This document shows, in pieces, positions 25,207-31,808 of a DNA stretch of 31,808 bases. Positions within the stretch are counted from its first letter, which is position 1. Each line of letters begins with the position of its first letter. The DNA comes from a virus: the IMG/VR virus record IMGVR_UViG_3300027933_000039, one strand, 5' to 3'. Under the pieces are notes generated by a model. That model was not told the DNA's origin. It worked only from the letters and a program-made list of their open reading frames with translations, and did not search any database. Made by a program: the position numbers and the translations under genes.

Positions 25207-26289
25207 ATGAAAGAAAAGGTAATGATTGCGTCAGATGGGCCAAACTTTAACACGGGTTACGGAAAACTTGGTAGAGTTTTAACGAATGGGCTGATAGCAA
25301 ACGGTTACGATGTCTCATACGTGTCATTCCAACATCAAGGTAATCCTCTTTACTATATTTTTATGAACCAAAAGGTCAAGGTTTACAGTGGTTTAACCCA
25401 ACAACTGATTGAGGAGGCGGTGAGAGAGTTTAAGCCCGATGTACTAATACACATAAGGGATCCGGTAGTACACACGGAATACTACAAGTATCCATATCAA
25501 TTCGACAGGATAAGGAAGAGTACAAAGACTATAGGATATTTAATGGTTATGCACGACTACTTCGACTCCAAGGTAATGAAGGCAATTGTTGTTAATTATG
25601 ATATCGTTGCAACCCCAACGGAATGGGGCAGGAGAGTACTAGTATCGTCTGGTATGCCGATCAACCTAGTGTACACCGTTAAACCGTGGATACCCAGGCC
25701 AGTAAAACCGGAGAAGGTACAGGGGCTTCCGGATAAATACCTTCTGTTCATAGGTGTGAATGACGATAGGAGAAAGAACCACGCACTCCTATTACACGTT
25801 TTAAGCAAGTTACCAGAGGAATACAAACTGGTTTTACTAAGTGGTAGCGGTGCGTACATACTTGAGAGTATTATAGAGAGATATGCCTTGTACAACAGAG
25901 TTTACACACCCCAATCTTATCTGAAAGGTTACGGTCTTACGGAGGAGGAGTTGGCGTACATTTACTTGAATGCACACGTATACGTAACCTTATCCTCCCT
26001 GGAGGGGATAGACATGCCGGCGTTAGAGGCGTTAACCTATAACACCCCAGTGGTTGCAAGTGAAATACCAGTCCACAAGGAGTTACTATCCCCTTACGCA
26101 AAATTTGTGAAGGTTAACCTTGGTTACCCTGATACGAGCGGAGTGTACTGGATTCCAGACGTGGATGACGCAGTGGAGAAGATAATGTCAATAGGAGGGG
26201 TAAGGCATAAATATGGGAGGAAGGTGTACTCGACTTACAATGTAAATAGGGCGATAAGTGACTTCAGACAACTATTTAATCTCGCTTGA
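25207..26289 (+). CDS. GT4 (GT-B fold) glycosyltransferase
   Basis: TGYGKLG, RKNHA, HVYVTLSSLEGIDMPALEALTYNTPVVAS. Confidence 0.9.
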   Translation: MKEKVMIASDGPNFNTGYGKLGRVLTNGLIANGYDVSYVSFQHQGNPLYYIFMNQKVKVYSGLTQQLIEEAVREFKPDVLIHIRDPVVHTEYYKYPYQFDRIRKSTKTIGYLMVMHDYFDSKVMKAIVVNYDIVATPTEWGRRVLVSSGMPINLVYTVKPWIPRPVKPEKVQGLPDKYLLFIGVNDDRRKNHALLLHVLSKLPEEYKLVLLSGSGAYILESIIERYALYNRVYTPQSYLKGYGLTEEELAYIYLNAHVYVTLSSLEGIDMPALEALTYNTPVVASEIPVHKELLSPYAKFVKVNLGYPDTSGVYWIPDVDDAVEKIMSIGGVRHKYGRKVYSTYNVNRAISDFRQLFNLA

Positions 26290-26503
26290 GCAACGTGATC
26301 TTCTCGGGTCTTGTCTCCTCAAGTTTAACTAGTTTAATGTCGTAACCGTACTTTTTAGCAGTTGGTACAACAAAGTTGTTGACGAAGTTTAGAAAGTCCA
26401 GTCCATCATCAAAATGAAGGGAGAGTGTGGAGACTTGTGTTGACTCCATTGAGGGTATACCATCCTTAATGGACAGACTACCGTTATACGCAAACCACTT
26501 CAT
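26276..26503 (-). CDS. Hypothetical protein (75 aa)
   Basis: ATG about 25 nt downstream of AACTTTTAAGCC (26523-26534). Confidence 0.65.
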   Translation of the reverse strand: MKWFAYNGSLSIKDGIPSMESTQVSTLSLHFDDGLDFLNFVNNFVVPTAKKYGYDIKLVKLEETRPEKITLLKRD

Positions 26504-26533
26504 AAGAAGAATAAAAAATTCTGGCTTAAAAGT

Positions 26534-26881
26534 TTAAATGTTACCAACCCTTCCATATACGAAGTAGTAGCCTAAGGTTACACTCACGAAACCACCATCA
26601 GTCCTCAAACCTAGGTATTTTGAAGGACCTATCCTCAATACTCCCTCGTCGTGCTGTTCAACATAGGTTGGCGAGGAAGGTGTAACGGTTACCTCCTGAA
26701 TCACTACAGTACCACTATAAATCTGTAATGTAACGGTACCTAAACCAGCTGATGAGTCCAGGCTGAGCTGTATCTTGTTAACAACTATGGACTGGTTATT
26801 CATTGTTGACGCAACTGTCGCCATCACCGTACCTACGAGATACCTACTGTAAATTATATCGTAAACCTGTACCTCATCCAC
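26534..26881 (-). CDS. Small beta-sandwich putative virion protein (115 aa)
   Basis: Beta-strand composition; lies in the capsid-candidate operon. Confidence 0.55.
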   Translation of the reverse strand: MDEVQVYDIIYSRYLVGTVMATVASTMNNQSIVVNKIQLSLDSSAGLGTVTLQIYSGTVVIQEVTVTPSSPTYVEQHDEGVLRIGPSKYLGLRTDGGFVSVTLGYYFVYGRVGNI

Positions 26882-27629
26882 TTCCTATCCCCTCCTTTAT
26901 CACTTTCAATGCATCATCCTTGGTACTATTTAACACAAGGCTAGGTTTTATTGGTGTTACTCCGTAGGTGTTATACTCGTTAATCGTGTACGATGAGGCA
27001 CCACCAACGATCAACTTTTTCGTGTTCTCCCTTGTAAACATGTCATAAACAATCTCCGTATTTGTTATCTTATCCACGATCATCCTATTTACGACAAACC
27101 TAAAGAGGGGAGATATTGGGACTGTAGTGGGGTTGACTAGACCGAACGCAACCTCAAGACCGTATGGGACTGCAATTTGCGTATATGGGCTAGGATTATT
27201 AAGCGGGCTTTGGTATCCGTCAATAAAGCCAAATTGGTTGTAGCTGGAGTTCCACGTCGCAACGTCAAGTCTTCCCTGTGCAACGTTTGCAGGTTGGTAG
27301 ATGTAGACACGTGTGTAGCTTGGTGCTACACCGAAGAATAACTGTAGAAGGTTGTTTGTCTTATCAACCTTGAAGACGTCGTTTGGATTGCCAGTTATGT
27401 ATTTAGATCCGAACAGGACGTCAGTGGCAATCGTCAAACTTGTAATACCATTTCCCTGAGGACTTGCCGCTAACGGAGACTGTAACGCACCCTCAGTTAC
27501 AGGATCGTAGATAAAGCTGTAGGGAATGTCACCGTCTACGACTACTAGAGGGACGTAACCTTGTGGAAAGACCAGAAAAAATTTGTCACTTGGCTTTAAA
27601 AGGTAATTGTCTAGATTCATAGCCCTCAC
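26874..27629 (-). CDS. Putative virion (second capsid or penton-type, jelly-roll-like) protein (251 aa)
   Basis: Beta-rich, with G/P-patterned motif GFIDGYQSPLNNPSPY...GLVNP; downstream of the capsid candidate. Confidence 0.4.
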   Translation of the reverse strand: MRAMNLDNYLLKPSDKFFLVFPQGYVPLVVVDGDIPYSFIYDPVTEGALQSPLAASPQGNGITSLTIATDVLFGSKYITGNPNDVFKVDKTNNLLQLFFGVAPSYTRVYIYQPANVAQGRLDVATWNSSYNQFGFIDGYQSPLNNPSPYTQIAVPYGLEVAFGLVNPTTVPISPLFRFVVNRMIVDKITNTEIVYDMFTRENTKKLIVGGASSYTINEYNTYGVTPIKPSLVLNSTKDDALKVIKEGIGSG

Positions 27630-27636
27630 ATAATTC

Positions 27637-27978
27637 TTAGTTACCCTCCACTAATAAGGTTATTACACCGTTTATAGTCCCTGTCGGAGCCTCTTCCACC
27701 ACTCCACCGGAGATTTGTTGTACGTATATGTGTATTCCATTTGTCTGTGGGGCTTGCTTCCCAACGGTACCGGTACTTAAACCAGTATTTACAACGGCAA
27801 CGTGGTAAGCAACCGTATTAACGTTACTCTGTACACCAAGAACACCGGCGTTAGTAACAGCCTGCAACTTACTGGAGAGGATTATCACTCCTCCCTGTCC
27901 TGCAACATAATAAACGTTACTAAACTTCTCTATACTAAGTTTCAAGTTACCTTGATTAACGCTATAGGGAACGCTCAT
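27637..27978 (-). CDS. Small beta-rich putative virion protein (113 aa)
   Basis: V/G/T-rich strands; second gene of the capsid-candidate operon. Confidence 0.55.
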   Translation of the reverse strand: MSVPYSVNQGNLKLSIEKFSNVYYVAGQGGVIILSSKLQAVTNAGVLGVQSNVNTVAYHVAVVNTGLSTGTVGKQAPQTNGIHIYVQQISGGVVEEAPTGTINGVITLLVEGN

Positions 27979-27987
27979 TTAGATCGC

Positions 27988-28695
27988 CTAAGTTTGTTGT
28001 AGTAAGTAGGATCCTTTAGCAAAAGTTAGTCCGAATAACTGCAGGTTACTGGGTCCAGTGGCAACCACGTTACCATAGACGGTGAGGTTGGTGTTCACAC
28101 CTACGTAAACCAGTCCTGGGAATTTGTAGTAGTACACGTTTGACATCGGAAGGTAGGAGGCGGACTCAACCATATAGGTGGTATTCTCAACCCTTACTTG
28201 GTACTCACTAACCTTTGGAGGAAGGGTGTCGATCATTCCGAGTATGGCAAGGGCAACCGTATTCTGCAGTTGTGTAGCCCCACCGTTTGCAAGCCCAGTC
28301 TGTCCAGTATTAACATTGAAGATTGGTTGCCATCCAGTCGTAGTGAAATTCCTATACCAAGAAAGCTGTGGTGTCTGTCCTGGGGCTATGTTGGTATTCA
28401 TTACAGTTACAGCCCTTATCAACTGCATTCCTATCTGTGAGGAGGAGGTTGCGGCAAGACCTGCGAAACTGGACTGCGGTGCAAGCTGTGCCACAGCCTG
28501 TTGAGCGGTAGAAGCCAGGACATCGCTATACTTTAACAAGATTTCTCCTAAGTCCCTTTGCAAAGCCGGCATTTCCGCCAACGTTGCCAGATCCCTTATG
28601 AATATCTCCTGCTCCTCTTGTGTAAATGCCCTACCAGTGATCTGGTTTGAGGCAGAGATTACCAGCGGTCCTACACTTTGGGTAGGGGTACTCAT
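27988..28695 (-). CDS. Putative major capsid protein: helical N-terminus plus single jelly-roll-like domain (235 aa)
   Basis: About 75-aa helical arm, then about 8 beta-strands (IGMQLIR, SWYRNF..TGWQPIF, LAILG, EYQVRV, YYKF, LTVYG, LQLFGLTFAK); first gene of an operon with its own TATA box. Fold assigned by recall only. Confidence 0.5.
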   Translation of the reverse strand: MSTPTQSVGPLVISASNQITGRAFTQEEQEIFIRDLATLAEMPALQRDLGEILLKYSDVLASTAQQAVAQLAPQSSFAGLAATSSSQIGMQLIRAVTVMNTNIAPGQTPQLSWYRNFTTTGWQPIFNVNTGQTGLANGGATQLQNTVALAILGMIDTLPPKVSEYQVRVENTTYMVESASYLPMSNVYYYKFPGLVYVGVNTNLTVYGNVVATGPSNLQLFGLTFAKGSYLLQQT

Positions 28696-28720
28696 GTTTT
28701 CACTAAAGTTACAAGTCTTT

Positions 28721-28729
28721 GTTAAAAAT
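28721..28729 (-). promoter_or_regulatory. TATA box (ATTTTTAAC) of the capsid-candidate operon
   Basis: 26 nt upstream of ATG 28695; the leader ends GTGAAAACATG, similar to GTGGAGAACATG before 9589. Confidence 0.6.
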
Positions 28730-28860
28730 ATATTGATTATGTTCTCGTACCCTCACATGTTCACCCAATGATAAATTGTGGAGAAACATGTTCGGAGAAT
28801 ACGTAGTGGCGGGAGGAATTCAACCAAAAGTAGATATTTTCCAAACAACAAAACTTTCCA

Positions 28861-29244
28861 ATGACTAAGAAAGGATTGAACTTCAGATCGCCAACGGAGT
28901 TCATGAGGGAATTAAGGGCGACGCAAAAACTGATTGGGTTAACGGACAACACGTTATTTCTTGAGGCATGTATACGATGCCTTGAGACGAGAACGCTCCC
29001 ATTCCGTAACATACTTAACCTCACTCCAAAGAAGACTCACAACAATGACCCAGTACACACCATCATGTGTAACCCATCGGTGATAAGGAAGATTAAGCTA
29101 CTTATTTTACAACACGATCTAGGGAATGTTTATACGTTATTGTATTACGGGCTAAAGTGTATACAAGGGCAGTATGGGGTGAAACTCTCCATGAATGGTA
29201 AAAAAGACGATCAAAGTTCGCAGGTTTTACAACCACCTGAGTAG
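28861..29244 (+). CDS. Putative tandem ribbon-helix-helix regulator (127 aa)
   Basis: Two strand-helix-helix units: [14 protein letters not shown]...[13 protein letters not shown] and [14 protein letters not shown]...[13 protein letters not shown]. Confidence 0.55.
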   Translation: MTKKGLNFRSPTEFMRELRATQKLIGLTDNTLFLEACIRCLETRTLPFRNILNLTPKKTHNNDPVHTIMCNPSVIRKIKLLILQHDLGNVYTLLYYGLKCIQGQYGVKLSMNGKKDDQSSQVLQPPE

Positions 29245-31622
29245 GTCTCACTTACCTCCACGAACTTCTTCTCCAACCTGAGGTTTGTGGACTGCTTAGC
29301 TTTCTCCTCTCTCTCTTTCTTTATCCCAAAGTATATCACCTGCTGGGACTTACTCTTATCCCTATACACCGTTATCCCCTTTATTCCCAGTTTCCATGCG
29401 GTTATGTATACCCTCTCCACAGCCCCCTTAGTCTCCTCACTTCTCAGGTTTATTGTCTTTGAGGTACCGGAGTCGTTCCACTGTTGCCATACGGCCTGAT
29501 GGAGGACGTGAAAGATGGGAGGGACTTCGTGGGCAGTCCTGAAAATCCTCTTAAGGGTTTTTGGAATGAATGGATTGTCTCCCACCTCCCCACTCTCGGC
29601 TATCTTCTTAACTACCTCCGGTGTGTCCAGTTCATACCTCCTAAGATGCTCAAGGAATAACGGGTCTATCTCCATAAAGGTCCCTACAGCAACACTCCTT
29701 ACAAAGGCTAGGGCGAAGAGTGGCTCTATGGAGGATGATGTACCAGCTATGATGGAGATCGTGCCCGTTGGGGCGACGGAGACGACAGTGGCATTCCTTA
29801 GACCGTACCTCATCCTCATGTCCTTCAACGTGGAGAAGTCTAGCTTGTCCACCTCTGCCGTCAGTCTTTTTACGTACTCCGATGGCTCACCCTGTATACC
29901 GGATATGGAAAACAGATCCTGTAAATCCCTTACATCCTCCCATATATCCTTGTACCTCACAGGATCGTAGGCTGGGAAGGGACCTTTCTCCTTAGCCAAC
30001 TCCACTGAGGTGTGTAAGGCGTGATAGTAAATGAATCTCGCTAACTGATATGAGAGGAAGACCGCGTCGACGCTGTCGTAGGGTATGCCCAACTTTATCA
30101 ACATCCTGGCCAAGCCCATAACCCCCAAGCCTACCTTCCTCGTCCTCTTGGTAGCCTCCTCTATCTGTCTCAACGGGTATCTGTTGGCGTCAACCACGTT
30201 ATCAAGGAAACGGACGGCGTACCTTATAGTATCAGCCAATCCAATCCAGTCTATCCTACCGTCCACCACGAACTTCTCCAGGTTTATGGATCCAAGGTTA
30301 CAGGACTCCCAGGGAAGGAGGGGTTCCTCACCACAGGGGTTAGTTGCCTGTATCTTGCCCAAGTACCAGGCTGGGTGTCTCCTGTTTATCTCATCAATGA
30401 AGAGGAGTCCTGGGTCACCGGAGTCCCATGCCCCCTTCACTATCTCGTTGAAGAGCGTCCTGGCGTCAACCCACTTCACAACAGCCCCCTCCTTTTCAGC
30501 TATAACTAACGCCTCGTCCACAGTTACTATTCTACTCTCCTCAAGATAGATTGAACCCTTCTCCTCCAATTCCCTTAGGATCTCCTCCTGTACCCACTCC
30601 TCGTCCATGTAATTCCTCGCCCTCACTATGTAGTATTCGTAATCGGTACCTGGTATCCTTGTCCTCCTAGGGGTGATTAGGGGTACCTCTCCTCCAGACT
30701 CGACCGCCCTCATAAAGTAATCGTAAACACCAACGGATATGTTGAAGTTTTGTAAATGTGTATCCTTCAACTCTCCAGTCTTTGCCTTAATGAAGTCCTC
30801 TATGTCTACGTGCCAAACGTGCATTACGCCCATGTTTGCCCCTCTCCTCTTTCCTCCCTGCTTCACTACATCCGTGGAGACGTCGAAGATCTTCATGAAT
30901 GATACAGGACCAGAGGCAACACCCGCAGTTGACGCAACTACATCACCCTTAGGTCTCAACTCGGAGAAGTCGAATCCAGTACCACCACCCTGTTGGTGGA
31001 CTAACGCCATTGCCCTCAAGGTATCATATATGCCATCCCCATCCTTGGTGGTCATGGAGTCCTTAACCGGCAGGACGAAGCAGGCTGAGAGTATTCCCAA
31101 CCTAGTACCAGAGTTCATTAACGCAGGAGTGTTGGGGATGAACTTAAGGGTTGACATTATCTCGTAAAACCTCTCTTCGTATTCCCTCCTCCTATCCTCC
31201 ACGCTAGCCAAATGCCTAGCCACCCTCCTAAACATCATCTGTGGAGTCTCTGTGTACCTGAGGGTGTTGGGATCCTTTAGTAAGTACCTAGCCTCCAGGA
31301 CTTTCAGGGCATTGTAGCTTATCAGGAGATCCCTCTCGTCGAAGGACTTCCACCCTCCCTTACCGAACACGTGATTATAGATCCTGGCTAGGACAAACTT
31401 CTTGGCCAAATCCTTGAGCTCTGGGTACTCCAGGGAGTTCTCAACTAAATTCCTCTCCACTATATCGCCTACAACCCTGCTTTCAATAAGGTTATCCTTA
31501 CTATTTTGTAACACGTCATTATATATATCCTCGTAAACCTTGTCTGGTAACTGTAAATGCTTTAGTATCTTCTCAGGCTTAAACTCCTGCAATCTACCGT
31601 CCCTTTTTAAGACTTGTGGCAT
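29211..31622 (-). CDS. nrdJ: Class II (adenosylcobalamin-dependent) ribonucleotide reductase with an ATP-cone-like N-terminus
   Basis: [70 protein letters not shown]-terminal CKTC; no small-subunit gene seen. Confidence 0.95.
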   Translation of the reverse strand: MPQVLKRDGRLQEFKPEKILKHLQLPDKVYEDIYNDVLQNSKDNLIESRVVGDIVERNLVENSLEYPELKDLAKKFVLARIYNHVFGKGGWKSFDERDLLISYNALKVLEARYLLKDPNTLRYTETPQMMFRRVARHLASVEDRRREYEERFYEIMSTLKFIPNTPALMNSGTRLGILSACFVLPVKDSMTTKDGDGIYDTLRAMALVHQQGGGTGFDFSELRPKGDVVASTAGVASGPVSFMKIFDVSTDVVKQGGKRRGANMGVMHVWHVDIEDFIKAKTGELKDTHLQNFNISVGVYDYFMRAVESGGEVPLITPRRTRIPGTDYEYYIVRARNYMDEEWVQEEILRELEEKGSIYLEESRIVTVDEALVIAEKEGAVVKWVDARTLFNEIVKGAWDSGDPGLLFIDEINRRHPAWYLGKIQATNPCGEEPLLPWESCNLGSINLEKFVVDGRIDWIGLADTIRYAVRFLDNVVDANRYPLRQIEEATKRTRKVGLGVMGLARMLIKLGIPYDSVDAVFLSYQLARFIYYHALHTSVELAKEKGPFPAYDPVRYKDIWEDVRDLQDLFSISGIQGEPSEYVKRLTAEVDKLDFSTLKDMRMRYGLRNATVVSVAPTGTISIIAGTSSSIEPLFALAFVRSVAVGTFMEIDPLFLEHLRRYELDTPEVVKKIAESGEVGDNPFIPKTLKRIFRTAHEVPPIFHVLHQAVWQQWNDSGTSKTINLRSEETKGAVERVYITAWKLGIKGITVYRDKSKSQQVIYFGIKKEREEKAKQSTNLRLEKKFVEVSETYSGGCKTCEL

Positions 31623-31627
31623 GCGGA

Positions 31628-31664
31628 TCGTAGAAAAGTGTAGTCAAAACTCGTAGAAAAGTGT
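31628..31664. repeat. Perfect 14-bp direct repeat TCGTAGAAAAGTGT (31628-31641 and 31651-31664) immediately upstream of nrdJ
   Basis: Read directly from the sequence; period 23 bp. Confidence 0.9.
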
Positions 31665-31808
31665 GTTTTCCAAAAGGAATCTAAAATACTAGGAATTCTG
31701 ATCTGTGAAGATTCAGGTATACAAGGTTGTAGATACTCACAAGAAAGTTGAAAAATAGGTTAAATAAACTTACTCCATGAGAAAGTTACACGCAGATGTG
31801 AAAGGGAT

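Larger units (their letters stand above)
1..31808. mobile_element. Segment of an archaeal dsDNA virus genome (or provirus), probably non-tailed, with a thermophilic crenarchaeal host
   Basis: Compact overlapping genes, its own archaeal-type replisome, virion-like beta-rich proteins, RHH regulators and several glycosyltransferases. No ribosomal or other housekeeping operons. Confidence 0.85.

Noticed and set aside
30420-30700. Intein in NrdJ (or in PolB)
   Set aside because: The insertion lacks C/S...HN splice junctions and LAGLIDADG motifs, and PolB motifs are contiguous.
31777-31808. Start of a plus-strand gene (MRKLHADVKG...)
   Set aside because: Only 10 codons before the window edge; cannot be evaluated.

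Overview
The window reads as a gene-dense segment of an archaeal dsDNA virus genome, probably infecting a thermophilic crenarchaeon (Sulfolobales/Thermoproteota-like). The basis is archaeal TATA-type promoters, archaeal-type PolB/PCNA/RFC/primase, a Gat-QueC fusion, a class II RNR, and virus-type RHH and glycosyltransferase genes. Most genes are on the minus strand. Five modules are visible. (1) A near-complete replisome: PolB, PCNA, RFC-S, an RFC-L-like protein, a fused PriS-PriL-like primase, an OB-fold SSB, a Sak4-like ATPase, a Cas4-like nuclease and NrdJ; no replicative helicase is seen in the window. (2) A complete 7-deazaguanine pathway: FolE, QueD, QueE, Gat-QueC and a TGT-fold DpdA-like protein overlapping polB. 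This predicts dG+ (deoxyarchaeosine)-modified viral DNA. (3) Three glycosyltransferases, an NDP-sugar epimerase/dehydratase and an ASCH-like protein around gat-queC. (4) Putative virion genes: a jelly-roll-like capsid candidate, beta-rich proteins, a repeat-rich fibre and a helical nucleocapsid-like protein. (5) Unusual accessory enzymes: a UbiA prenyltransferase, a subtilisin, a zincin and a probable ADP-ribosyltransferase. No terminase, portal, HK97 capsid, tRNA, rRNA or CRISPR array was recognised. All family calls come from motif recognition by eye; no database search was run.
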